Assembly (NCBI GenBank): GCA_013265495.1
Contig: MU057887.1
Location: 1,687,985-1,747,984 of the forward strand
Length of the DNA: 60,000 nt
Origin: Vicugna vicugna
Taxonomy: Eukaryota
Direction: 5' to 3'
Shown: one piece after another, positions 24,851 to 37,241 of the stretch
Layout: each line of letters begins with the position of its first letter
Position numbering within the stretch: position 1 is the first letter of the stretch
Notes under the pieces: model-generated
Told to the model about the DNA's origin: nothing
Databases searched by the model: none
The model's input: the letters and a program-made list of their open reading frames with translations, nothing else
Made by a program: the position numbers and the translations under genes

Positions 24851-26061
24851 CTGGCAGGGTGGGTTATGATCCTACGTGACGCTGGCTTGTGGGGTGCTGC
24901 TCCTGGTGTCCCCGGGGTGATGGAGCCTCGTGCTGGGGGAGCAGGCTCCCCGCTTAGTGTTGTCCTGAGACCCCGTGAGTGGTGCCCGTTGGAGAATGAG
25001 TTTGGTCTTCTGATCTTGTTTGAATACTCAGTTCTCCCTAGAAAGCTGTTGACTTGAAATGAAAAATGTGCATGAATGTGTTGCTCATACAGAGAACGTC
25101 TGTCAGGCGCCCGCTGTTACAGGTGTGCGCTGAGCTGCCGGCTGGTCGGCTCTGTGGTGCGCCTGGAACACCCACAGGGGACGGTGTGCCAGGCTGGGAA
25201 CTGGGCCGCGGCCTGGACTCTAGGGCCGGTCGTGCCCTGCTCAGCTGTGGGCCCTGGGTCAAGAGGCTTCCCTGTCTGCACCCCAGGCTCCGCAGTGTAA
25301 TGACTGGTGGTGATCTGGGGTATCTGGGCAATGGGTGCAGTGAGCCCTAGGGATGTGGGCAGTGTTGGGAGGGGTTGACCTCGGATACAGTTGGCTTTGT
25401 AAGGTTGGCTTGTTTGTAAATGATGTAATTCATCCTTTGTGCTTTCACTGGTGCAGCCTGCACTGTTAGCACGGGGCCCAGGACAGCGGGGAGCCCGGCT
25501 CAGCTGGAGCCGGTAGCTGGCGAGTCACGGAGGGACCCGCTGCCTAGGGAGGAGGGGTCGGGAGGGAGGGTCACAAGGCTGGCAGTAGTTGGCTCTCCTA
25601 GAAGGGCGGAGTGGGCAGCAGGTGGCCGCTCTCGCCCCACCGAGGGCTGCTGTTTGAAGTGGAGCTGAAGGCAGGTAGTGCAGGGTGACAGGCTTTCCAG
25701 GCAGCAGGCACTGGGGGAGGTGGCGGCCCGGTGGGCTCAGTGCGGCTAGACTCTGGGGGCTGGGTGGGAGAGGACTGCGATGCAGGAGGTGCGGAGGGAG
25801 CAGAGGGTGGAAGCCGGGTGTGTGTGCCCGTGTGTGCGGATGCGGGCAGACGATGGGGCTTGTTGCCCCTGGTGGGGTACCTCTCGCTAATGAAGCTGGC
25901 GGAGAGCGGGTGGGCGAGAGAAGAGGGAGGTCACCTGAGGTGGGTGTTGTGAGCAGAAGGGAGGGGAGGCAGCGCCCACGTTTGTGGTCCGGGTAATTGC
26001 AGTGGGAGCGGATGTGACGGGAAGATGGTGACAACTCTCCAGGAATTTGAAAAACATCTCT

Positions 26062-26310
26062 TCTCACTTATGTGTGGAGCCTAAAAATAATACAAATGAA
26101 TCTGGACAGAACAGAAATAGGCTCACAGACAGAAAACACGCTCATGGCTACCTGAGGGGGAAGGCGGGCATAAGTTAGGAGTACGGGATTCAAAGACCCA
26201 CACTACAGCACGTAAAATAGACACGCAACAGGGGTTTACAGCATGGCACAGGGAACTGTACCCAGTGTCTTGTAATAACCTGTAATGGGAAACAATCTGA
26301 AAAAAAATCT
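26062..26310 (+). mobile_element. Artiodactyl-type L1 3' UTR fragment (sense)
   Basis: tcacttatgtgtggagcctaaaaataatacaaatgaa...ctcacagacagaaaacacgctcatggctacc...acagggaactgtacccagtgtcttgtaataacctgtaatggga. Confidence 0.8.
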
Positions 26311-26332
26311 ATTTAGAAGACTCCACCAAGCG

Positions 26333-26656
26333 CAAAGCTACAGAGAGCAGATGGGTGGTCGCCAGAGGTGGGGCTTGGCGGGGTGACGTGGGGAAAGGGG
26401 CCGAAGAAAACAAGTCCCGGCTGCTACGTGCAGCTTGATGAGTCCAGGTGGTGTGTGTTTTTGAAAGTTGCTAAGAGAATGGCTCTTACAGTTCTCAAAA
26501 CAAGAAGAGCATGTTGTAACTGTGTGTGGTGATCGGTGTTAGCTAGACGCACTGTGGTGATCACTTCACAGCACAGCGTACACAAATATTGAACTGTTAT
26601 GTTGTGCAGCTGAAACCGATACATTGTTACATGTCAGCTATACCTCAGTTAAGAAA
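26333..26656 (+). mobile_element. L1MA9-like 3' end
   Basis: ttgaaagttgctaagagaatggctcttacagttctc...tgtaactgtgtgtggtgat...ctgaaaccgatacattgttacatgtcagctatacctcagttaagaaa. Confidence 0.75.
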
Positions 26657-27148
26657 GGCTGCCTACCATACGAGGGAAAGTAGAGCATCCACCCACCCCT
26701 CCCTCTCTTGCATCCTTCCATCCAGCCACCCGCCCGCCCATGTACCCATCCATGCGTGCACCCCCCACCCATCCACCCTTCCCTGTGCCTGCCCGCCTGT
26801 CCCTCCCTCCATGAGGAGGTGCTCCCTGGTGGGCCGAGGGGCTGCGTGCTGCCAGACCGCATCCGGGGCAGCCGCGTGCAGTGGTTTCCCCGGGGCTGTG
26901 AGGAGCAGAGAGCATCCTTTGCGGGAGCCAGCTCGAGTGGTAGGACTGAGTCCAGGCGTCGGTGAGATACTGCGTATTGCTTGTAAAAAAATTAAGGTAA
27001 CTGGCATTCTACCAAGAAACATTAAACATACTTGTATTTTAAAATGAGAGATTGGCAAATATTGATAGCGCCTCTTTTAAGCGTGCATACCTTTTAAAAG
27101 TTTCTGACGTGCTGACTTTTCGCTTCCCCATCTGTCATTTTCTTCCAG

Positions 27149-27263
27149 ATTTTTGAAAGGATCCTGTTTATATGGGCCATCCGTCACCCTGCCAGTGGAT
27201 ATGTTCAGGGCATCAACGACCTTGTCACCCCTTTCTTCGTGGTCTTCATCTGCGAATACATAG
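27149..27263 (+). CDS. TBC1D22A: TBC1D22A internal coding exon (115 nt; probable exon 8) with glutamine finger YxQ
   Basis: ctgac branch-like motifs upstream, cattttcttccAG acceptor, TAG|GTAAGA donor. Encodes IFERILFIWAIRHPASGYVQGINDLVTPFFVVFICEYI plus 1 nt. Not in the supplied ORF track; translated by eye. Confidence 0.97.
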
Positions 27264-30200
27264 GTAAGACCATGCCATGCTGCTTCTGCTCACAGACACT
27301 AAATGTGAGCTGTGGTGGCCTTGGGACGTCACTCTGATGCACAATTATTCCAGTACTGAAATCTGCCGTTAAGTTTAGTTATTAATGACCACTATAATAA
27401 GGAATAGCAGTCTTCTCATTGGTGCTAGCTTTAAGTCTAAATCCACGTGCTCAACTGCTGGAGAAATTAAGATGCAGTTACTATTATTAATATCTTCTTT
27501 CTCAAAATATATGAGGGGAAAGGTGATGCATTCAGGGAACGTGGCTTTGTGTTAATGGCCGTCAGAGCGCTGGCTTTAATGGTGGGGATGTCCGTGGACC
27601 AAGTTAAGGTGATAGATAGTCAGTTGAATGTTTTGCTTACAAGCTGAAAACCGAATCTTCTTTAATTGCATTTCTGCAGCTTTGCATCACTTTTCTCCCT
27701 GATATACTAGTAGCATTTCATTTTATGGGAATATTAATTACATGCAAAATAATTGGTTTATCGGGCGTTTAGTTTGGGTGACCTGTTTCTCTCTGAGGAA
27801 TTTTTGTTTGTGTATTTTGTTTTCTGTTTATGTTATAGCAGGGAATATGCTTTACCCAGTTTATAGTTCAGTTTTTTTAAAAATTCTGACAATATATGTG
27901 CAGGATCTACTTTTTAATTCAGCTATGGATAAAAAAATAAATAACCAAAGGAGGGATTTACTCTTCCGTGGTGACATTTTTGTTTAAAACTGGTGTTAAT
28001 CTGGCTTTATGTGAAACTTCCCAACTTGGTACTGGGTTTTTCTGGGGTTGTGTCTTTAGCCATTTTGGTGTCTGGTCCGCTTCAGATCCTGCCGTTGTAA
28101 TCAGGAGAGGGGGTTTCCCGAGGGCAGGTTATCCCCTGGGGTGAGGACTTACCCCCTCAGTCCCTGTCGGCCGCCCCACCCCTCACGGCCCAAGGGTTTC
28201 CCAGGCGGCCACTCCACTGTGACAGCTGACGGCCTGGCGCCCGGCCCGCAGCACCTCCCCGGGCGGGGAGGCCGGCTCCCAAGAGGGCTGGCGCTCCCGT
28301 GTCTCGCCCCTCGTCTGGCACGGCGTGGAAATGTTCCTAATGGCCCCGGAACAGTAGGACCCCTGTCAGCCGACTTCAGAGCTGCTAATTGAAAGAAGCT
28401 CAGCTGAGATGTGATTAGAGAATTGATATTCCATGTTAAATAGACCATTTAATTAATGTGGTAAATAAGTCTGCCTTAACGACTCTACCACCAACTTTCA
28501 TTGTAAGGCCCAAGTGATCCTTAATGCCTCTGTCTGAATTACCAGCCAGTGAGGGTGAGGGACATGACCGTGATGTTAATTGTCCAGAGGAGAGAAAAGC
28601 GGGAGAAAATAGAATTTGTCCACGTGGTGCCTTCAGTGAAACTCAGAGGGACTCTCCTTGCCTTGCGGTAACCCCCGCCACATCCGCTTACGCACAGACA
28701 CGTGCACACGTGTACACACACAAAGAACACACGTGTGCCCTGAGTGCATGTACAGTGTGGGTTGGAACCTTTGTGTAAAATGCACCTTTGACTCCTGACA
28801 GTGTTAGTAAGTGGACGTTTGTTTCTTTGGTCCTGGCTTTGCGATGTCATTGGTGGGTGGAGAGTCTTTCAGATTGTCTCCCAAGCTGGGGAGCATTCAT
28901 GGTATGGTCCAAGCCGGCCCTCATCATCTTGCGGGGTCCATGTCGGCTTAAGGCGCCCGGAGCACTGCCCCCCCATCTTCCAGGCAGAGGCGCGCCCGTT
29001 CACGCAGCCCTGCCCAGGGCGCCTGCGGCGGCGGGTGGGGACCTGTCAGCCCCTTTCGGCCAGTGCTGATTGGGCGTCTCCTGGCCTCTGCAGGCGGTGG
29101 GGATGCAGGTGGGTGAACTGAGCGTGGTTCCTGCCCCCTTGGAGCTTTTGGTGGTAGGAGAGAAGCCAGATTTTAAGCAAGTAATTACGAAGTTTAATTA
29201 CAGCAGTTAGACATTCATGTTACTAAGAGGAAGTGTGAGTGCGCTGAGAACCCCCCGGGCTGGCTCCGTGGGGCCTTCCCGGACTCCAGGACCTTACAGC
29301 AGCGCCCTGTCTGATGAGAGAGCGCAGCAGGGGTGCAGCCTGGAGCGGGGGGCTCAGTGGGGTGGCCGGGCAGTGATGAGGGATGGCAGGTGGGGGCACT
29401 CGGGTGGGGCAGGGGGGCGGTGGGGAGCCTGGTAAGGCCTCCCGGCCGAGTCTCCAGGGGCGTGGGGGACCAGCAAGTGACATGCAGCTGAGAGTGACCC
29501 GCTCAGATGCTGCCCGTCCACGTCCGCTCCGGCCGCAGAGATCACGGGGCTGTGGGGAACGCACGTGCGCGGACCACTGGGCCGGGGGTCTTCTGGTTTG
29601 CTGGGCTTTGCGGTAGGCAAGCCTCAGACGCTCTGCTAACTGATGGTGCTGAGAATACGCGTTTTTCCTCCAGAGGGTAGAACTGGTCAAAGGGCTCTGT
29701 GGTTCGGATTCTTGAGCACCGTGGTGGCCCTTTCGGGTCAGCTCCCTGGTTGTGACATGACCGTCCAGACTGTCGGAGTGCAGGTGGCACTGGGCTCAGC
29801 CACGTGTGCGCCGCTTTCTGAACGCACACCTGCCTCAGCTCCCAGGGCGGGCTGTGTTACATTGTGATGTGCTTCCGCCCTTCTCAGCTGAGATACAGGA
29901 AGCAGCCCTGTTCCTTGATGGTGAGACACGCTGTCTGGGTGTGAGGTTCCTGCAGGAGTTTTTGCCGTGCACCCAGCTCCTGGGCTTCACGCCTGGGGCA
30001 CAGCTTGGATGGGTGGGGCGTCCCAGGCAGGGAGCAGCCCTCTAAGCCACAGGGGCCCTAACTTTCAAGCGCTGGCATGTAGCAGCCCCTTAGCACCATG
30101 TGTTTTGACTTAAAAAGGACATGGGAAGTGAACGGTGGCTAACACATTTGGGGCTCACAAACAGGATCGGACAAGGAGGGGCTGTTCCTTACAGCACCAG

Positions 30201-31658
30201 AGGGTTCGTATTCATCAGGAGGCTGGCCAGGATGGTCAAGGTCGCAGAAACAGCTTGCTGGGAGGGAAGATATGCTCAGAGAAGTGCCCTGGGAAGGTGG
30301 GGGGAGGAGGAGGCAGTGCGGCAGCCGTGACTGGTCTCCTCCAGGGGCGCCTCACCCCCCGGGGACAGGCATTGGTCCCACTGTTGAAGGACACAGCGTC
30401 CTCACACGTGCGTGCATACATGCATCCCTGGGGCACAAACACAGACACAGACACACACACACGCGTGCGCACGCACTGTCACCAGCAGTGCCAGCCACAG
30501 CCTCTCCAAATCCTCAACTCGCCTCCCAGTGGAGCCCGTGGTCTTGGGTGGGCCCTGCAGGTGCCCGCCGTCTCCCAGAGGAGGACGGTGGGGGGGAGGT
30601 CAGGAGAGCGCTGTGACCTCAGGGCAGGGGTTGCCGTGTGCGAGTAAACATGGTCCTGTGGCAGCACGGAAGCTTGGGGGCATGGAGCTTGGGAGGGCAT
30701 CCCGTGCTCAGAGAAGGCGGTGGTGGAAGAGAACCCGGGGCCAGGAAGGCGCATCCCTGAGCCGCTTCCCTGGCTCCTGGCTGGGCGGCCGGACTGACTC
30801 CAGCTCCTTCCTCTGGGCGCAGCTGAGCCTCTGGATCCCAGCACCTAGATGTGTGGGCTGGGAGGGAGGGGGCCTCGTTCAGCCTTGAACCTGCTGCATT
30901 TTCCAACTGTCCCCTGTGCTGGGGTCCTGTGGTCGTTCCTTAGTCATCACACTGTGGTTTGAGTGCCTGTATGTGTGTCCGTCAGGCTGGCGTGGGAACA
31001 GGGCTCAGGCCCCCGGGTGCCTGGGGAACTGCTGCTGGGGCGAGGTCCTCTGGGTGTTTGCCATGCATGTGTTTGTGTTCCAAATAAAATTCTGTCTTGT
31101 GCTTTTTTCCCCGTTTAACCTTGTAACGTAAGCTTTTCTGTACATTAAGAAATCTTTGTAAAGATCATTTCCACCTCTTGCACATAATCGTTGAGATAGA
31201 GTAGCATAATTCATGAAACCATTTCACGACTGTTTTTTTTTTTTTAGGTTTTTCCCTCCCCAGACATGGTGTAATTTTTAAGTAAAACCTGTATTTTTCA
31301 AACACGGACTGCCATATTCCTTTTAACAATGATAAATTTGATTTAAAATTAAGAACCATTATTCTGTCACCTCGAATCCCACAATTTAAGTAGAGAATTA
31401 CATTTTAGTTTAACTAATTTCAGCATAGCAAAAAACGAAGAAGCATTGACACCCCCCCCACCCCACCCTCCTGTGCTATTTAAATTTAGAAACTCTTCTG
31501 ACCGGGCACTTTGGAGCATCATTTCAGAGTGATTGAGTATGAGTTGGGCACGTAGGAGGAGTGATGGTGGCTGAATTTTGGAAGGTGAGGCGTGTTTTAC
31601 AATTGATTCTCAGTATCAGCACGTGTAAGCTCTGATTGATTTGATTTTATATGTCATT

Positions 31659-32074
31659 TTTTCCTTTTTTATTGACATATAGTCAGTTACAATGTGGTGT
31701 CAGTTTCTGGTGTGCAGCATCATATTTCAGCCATATGTATACATATAGATATTCCTTTTCATATTTTTCATTATAGCTTACTACAAGATAGTGAATATAG
31801 TCCCCTGTCCTGTACAGTAGAAACTTATTGTTTGTTATTTTATTTTATTTTATTTTATTTTATTTTATTTTATTTATCTATTATATATATGGGAGTGTGT
31901 ATTTATAAATCCCGAACTCCTAATTTATCCCTCCCCACCTCCTTTCTCCCCCTGGTAACCATAAGTTTGTTTTCTGTGTCTGTGAGTTTGTCTCTGTTTT
32001 GTAAATAAGTTCGCTTGTGTCATTTTTTTTTAGATTTCACATTTAAGTGATATATGATGTTTTTCTTTTGCTTT
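31659..32074 (-). mobile_element. Young camelid-type L1 3' end with internal (ATTTT)n expansion and TSD
   Basis: tttttattgacatatagtcagttacaatg...ctggtaaccataagtttgttttctgtgtctgtgag...tagatttcacatttaagtgata. TATGTCATT repeats at 31650-31658 and 32075-32083. (ATTTT)n at about 31836-31872. Confidence 0.88.
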
Positions 32075-33010
32075 TATGTCATTGTCTCATAAAATAAATT
32101 ACTCTTGAAAGCAAATATGGAAATGGACTGGAATAAGCAATGTATTCACTTATGAGCATTAAAGGTACTTATTTTTACGTTCCGGTTTGTAAGTCAGAAT
32201 CTCAAAAGTACAGGTTGTTTTTACACCTGTTAGTTTTGCCCAGAGAGGGCAAGTTAGCGTGCGGTCCGTGGAGGCTGGGGCGTGCTGGAATTGGAACGTG
32301 TACGGGCGGCGAGGGCAGTAAGTTCCCGCCAGCAGTCGGGACGCAGAGGAGAAGTGATGCGAGGAGCGTGCTGTCCGCTGAGCGTCAGGGCTGCGGTCCT
32401 TGTGCCCTCCCCATGGTCAGGAGAGGCGGGGCTCCGGGCGACCGTGAGGGAGGGGAGAGCTGCTGTAGCTTCTCACCGATAGAGTGCGATTTTAGAAGTA
32501 GTTGTTGAAACTTTCCTTGTTTGCATTAGGCTGTACCTCCTTGCACTTTTCTCCCCCACGTTACGTGAGCTGAGGCTGCTGCTAAACGCATCTTCCCGTG
32601 GTTTCCTTCAGTGTTCCTCACACCTCACACAGTTTTCTGCTCCACAGTTAATCTCAGAAACATTTTAAAGGTGAAAACAAGAGCATCTGAGTGCTGGCAG
32701 TTTGCTGCGGCCGTTCTCTTCCAGTTGGGGGAGGAGGAGAGCGGAGGACCTGGGAAGGTGGATTAGAGCCAGAGAGCGGGGGCCACTGGCTCGGCAGCCC
32801 CCTGAGTGACAGTAAGGCGCTGTATCCTTGCCTAGCCCGCGACTCGTGTGTAGTCATGTTTTCTACTTAGAAACATCTTGATGATGATCAAAGTAATGGA
32901 CTTGCTATTAAAACATTGGAAAACTCACTCACAGAATAGCTCCATGTCCCAGAAGCCGTCCCTGGAACATTTTACTGTTGTCCTTCTGGCCTTTTTGGCA
33001 ATGGACTTGA

Positions 33011-33071
33011 CTTTTCTTTTCTTTTCTTTTCTTTTCTTTTCTTTTCTTTTCTTTTCTTTTCTTTTCTTTTC
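33011..33071. repeat. (CTTTT)12 microsatellite
   Basis: Perfect pentanucleotide array. Confidence 0.97.
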
Positions 33072-34015
33072 ACAATGCAGCAATTATATTATGCACTCAC
33101 ATTTTAATATTCCTTTTTGTTTAATATCTAAGCATTCCCCAAATTCATGAAGCATTTTTAAAAACGTCTTTTTAAAACATAGTGACACACTCCTTTCAAT
33201 AACGAGTAGGAAAACTAGTCAGAAGATCAACAAGAAACTAGAGAGAAAGCTAAGCACCTGAAAACCCACTAGACCTTACCAGACGTCTGCAGAGCAGTGC
33301 ACCCCTCACCGCAGGATCACGTACTTCTCAAGTGCACACAAAACGTTCTCCCGGAGAGCCCATATGCTAGGTCATAAAGTAAGTGCCAGGACATTCGCAA
33401 GGATGGAAATACACAGACTGTGTTCTTTGACCACAATGATGTGGAGTTCGATATCAGTAACAGAAACAATTTGAAGAATTTGACAAATACGTGGAAATGT
33501 TAGAACATAGCCATGAATAAGCAATGTGTCGGAGCAGAAATCACAGAGGAAATTAAAAATTACTTCGAAATGAATGGGGATGAAAACACAACATACCGAA
33601 ACTTGTGGGATGCAGTGAAAGCAGTGCTCCAAGAGGTATTTCTGTTAAAAAAGAACATCTTAAGCCATTGACTTGAGTTTTCAATTTCAGGAACTAGAGA
33701 AAGAAGAGCAGATTAAAGCCAAAACAAACAGAAGGAGGGAATAAAGACTAGAACAGAAGTAAATGAACTAGGGAATAGATAAACAGCAGAGAAAAGTTAA
33801 TACAATCAAAGTTGGTTCTTCAGAAATATCAGCAAAGGCTGGCAAACCTTTAGCTAGACTGACCTAGAAAAAAGGGGAGAAGACTCAAATTACTGAAATT
33901 ATGAGTGTTTTTAGAAATAAAGAGCATTAAGAAAATGCTGTGAACAATTTTCCAAATGAAGGAATGTAGATGAAATGGAGATTTTCCTGGAAAGGCACAA
34001 GTTACCAAACCAGAC

Positions 34016-34405
34016 TGTGATGATTAATTTTTGCATAAACTTGGCTAGGCTATGGTGCCTACTTATTTGGTCAAACACCAGTGTAGATATTGCTGTGAAG
34101 GTATTATTTTGGATGTAATTAACATTTAAATTAGTCCTTTAATAAAGCAGATTATCCTGCATAGTGTGGGTGGGCCTCATTTAATCAGTTGAAGGCCTTA
34201 AGAGCAAAGACTGAGATTTCCTGAAGTGGAAGAAATTTTCCTTAAGACATAGAAATCCTGCCAGAGTTTCCATCCCACTAGCCTGTCATACAAATTTCAG
34301 GCTTGCCAGCCCCCCAAATTGTGTGAGCTTATTCTTTAAAATGAATTTCTCTATCATATTGATTTGTCAATATGTATATGTATATGTGTGTGTGTATATA
34401 TATAT
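34016..34405 (+). mobile_element. ERVL LTR (MLT2-type) inserted in the L1
   Basis: Begins TGTGATGATTAATTTT...aacttggctaggctatggtgcc...tagatattgctgtgaaggta...gtgggtgggcctcatttaatcagttgaaggccttaagagcaaagactgag and ends in a (TA/TG)n tract. The 3' end is apparently lost. Confidence 0.85.
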
Positions 34406-34916
34406 GAACAGATTAAACTAGTAATCTAAAAAATTCCCACAAAGGAAAGCCTAGAATCAGATGACTTCACTGGTGAATTCTACCAAACGTTTAACAAAGA
34501 ATTAACACCACTTCTTCAAAGACTCTTTCAGAAATAGAAGCGAGGAAACAGTTTTCAATTTATTCTATGAGGCCAGTATTATCCTGATACCAAAATGAGA
34601 CAATGAGATCACAAGGAAAGGAAACCACAGACCAATATCCCTTATGAAGATAGATGTAACAGTCCTCGATGAAATACTAAGAAACTGAATGTAGCAACAT
34701 AGTAAAGGGACAATGCATCATGACAAATGGGATTTATCTTAGGAATTCAAGGTTGGTTCAACATATGAAAATTAATCAGTGTAATACACTGCACCGACAG
34801 AATACAGGACAAAACAGCATAGTCATCTCAATTGACACAGAAAAAGCTTCTGACAAAATCCAGCACTTTTTCATGATAAAAACACTCAACAAACTGGAAA
34901 TAGAAGAACTTCCTCT

Positions 34917-35208
34917 TGGAATCTTAAAAAAAGGACACAAATGAACTTTTCTTCAAAACAGAAACGGACTCACAGACATAGAGAACAAGTTTATGGTTAC
35001 CAGTGGGTGAAGTGGGTGGGAAGGGATAAATTGGGAATTTGAAATTTGCACCTCTCGGGGAGTGATGGAAATGTCAGCTCTCTTGATTGTGGTGGTGGTT
35101 TCATTGGTGTACACATCTATCAAAATTCATCACATTGTACATCTGAAACATGTACACGTAGTTCACTGTACAGGAATCACACCACAATAAAGATGTTTTT
35201 CAAAAAAA
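34917..35208 (+). mobile_element. Two nested L1 3'-UTR fragments inside the L1 ORF2
   Basis: 34917-35049 is camelid-type (ggaatcttaaaaaaaggacacaaatgaac...actcacagacatagagaacaagtttatggttacc). 35050-35208 is an older L1M 3' end ending aataaagatgtttttcaaaaaaa. ORF2 resumes afterwards. Confidence 0.7.
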
Positions 35209-37241
35209 GAGCGCCCATGAAAAACCCAGAGTCAGTATCATACTTAATGGGAAGGACTGAATGCTTTCATGCTATGATGGGGAGCACATGAGGATGTCTG
35301 TGCTCTCCGCTTCTGTTCAACCTCGTACTGTTCTAGCCAGGGCAGGTGAGCATGAGAGTGAAGCGAGAGGCACTGAGAATGGAAATGAAGAAGTAAAACT
35401 GCCGGCCTTTGCAGATGACATGATTTGTCTACGGAAAATCCAAAGGAATCCACCAAAAAACTATGACGCTAGTAAATGGGCTCCGCCAGGTTGTAGGATA
35501 CAGGATCAAGATCGAAACTTCAGTTACATGTCTGTACACTTGCAGTGTAGTATCCAAAAACGAAATTATGAAACAGTTTCATTTATAGTAGTGTCAGAAT
35601 GAATAGAATGCTTTAAATTTAGCAAAAAAGTACAATAATAACTCTGAAAACTATAAAACGCTGTTGAAAGATACTAAATAATATCTAAATAGATGAAAAG
35701 ACATTGCACATCGTGGATGGGAAGACTTAATAGTGTTGAGGTGGCAGTCCTCCCCCAAATGGATCTCAAGATTCAGTGCTATCCCTGTCAAACCTGTAGC
35801 AGAAATTGAGAAAAACTTATCTTTAAATTCATATGAAAATTCAAGAGACCCAGAGTTGCCATAACAGTCTTGAGGCAGAACAAAGTTGGAGGATTCACAT
35901 GTTCTGATATCAAAACTGAACTACAAAACTGCAGTCATCAGGAAAGCGTCATTCCGACTCTGGGTAGACACGTACGGAACGGCACAGAACCTTCGTATTT
36001 GTGGCCAGTTGATCTTCGACAAGGATGCCGAGACGGCTCCGCGGGGAGACGGTCTTTTTCAGCGCGTGGTGCTGGGACAGCTAGGTACCAGCACGCAGAA
36101 AGATGACGTTCCATCCCTGCCTCTCACCTTACACAAAAGTACAGTGAATCATGGGCCTAATGCAAGAGCTAAAACTTGAAAACTGTTAGAAGCAGCATTC
36201 GAGTAAATCTTTATGGCCTTGGGTTAGGCCGTGGTTTCCTAGCTATGACACCCAAAGCAAAAATGGCAGAAGGAAAAACAGGTATATTGGACTACAGGGA
36301 AGTTGAAACGTTGTGCTGGAGCTCCTACTCTCAGGAGAGGGAAAAGGCATCTGCAGAGGGGGGAAATGTTAGCAAGTCATATTTCTGGTAAGAGACATAG
36401 CCATTGTATGTGAAGAACTCTTACAACTGAATAAGACAATCTAATTTTAAACAATGGGCAAAGCATTTGAATGGACATTTGTCTGAAGAAGACAGATAAA
36501 TGGCCAATAAACATGTAAAGATGCTTGACATCATTCATTAGGGAATGCAAATCACAGCCACAGTGAGCTACCACCTCACTCCCCAGGTTAGCTGTCATCA
36601 AAAAGAGGAGCAGTAACAGATGTTGGCAAGGCTGGGGAGAAATGACAAGTCTCCTGTATTGTTGGGGGACGTGAAACTGGCGCAGCAGCTTTGGCAGACA
36701 GTCGGCACTTCATCAGGAAGACGCTTACTGTGTGATCTGGCAAAAATCTGCGCAGGCAGACTGACCGGAGCATTGTTATTACAGCCTCCAAAACCGAAAC
36801 CCAATCCAGATGTTCATCAGCCGATGAAGATGTAAGTAAAGGATGATCTACCCAGACAGTGGAGTATTATCCAGCAGTGAAAAAGGATGAGGTACTGAGC
36901 TACACACTGTAACATGGAGGATCCTTGAAAACACTGTGCTCAGCAAAAGAAACTGGTCACAAGAGGCCACACATCATGTGATTCCATTTATATGAAACGT
37001 CCAGAACAGGCAAATCTGTAGAGACGGAACATAGATTAGTGCTTGCTTGCGGCTTGGGAGCAGATCTGGGGGAGCTTGGGGTTGACTGTTGCTGGGTTCA
37101 GGGCTTCCTTTAGGAGGGACGACATGTTCTAAAATCAGGTTGCAGTGATTGTTGCACGACTTTGTGAACGTACTCACGTGGCCAGTCCTGTGGTGTGTGA
37201 ATTGTGTCTCAGTAAAGCTGTCACGGAGGAAGCAGAGGCCC

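Larger units (their letters stand above)
33180..37221 (+). mobile_element. 5'-truncated old L1 (L1MB-like), decayed ORF2 + 3' UTR, same orientation as host gene
   Basis: Endonuclease remnant (ttctcaagtgcacac...catatgctaggtcataaa...tttgaccacaatg), RT motif FADDM (tttgcagatgacatg, about 35407-35421) and L1MB-type 3' end (gattccatttatatgaaacgtccagaacaggcaaatc...tctcagtaaagctgt). Many stops and frameshifts. Confidence 0.92.

Noticed and set aside
35261..35602. ORF with FADDM reverse-transcriptase motif as an active RT gene
   Set aside because: A short fragment of a heavily disrupted old L1 ORF2 with deletions, stops and nested insertions.
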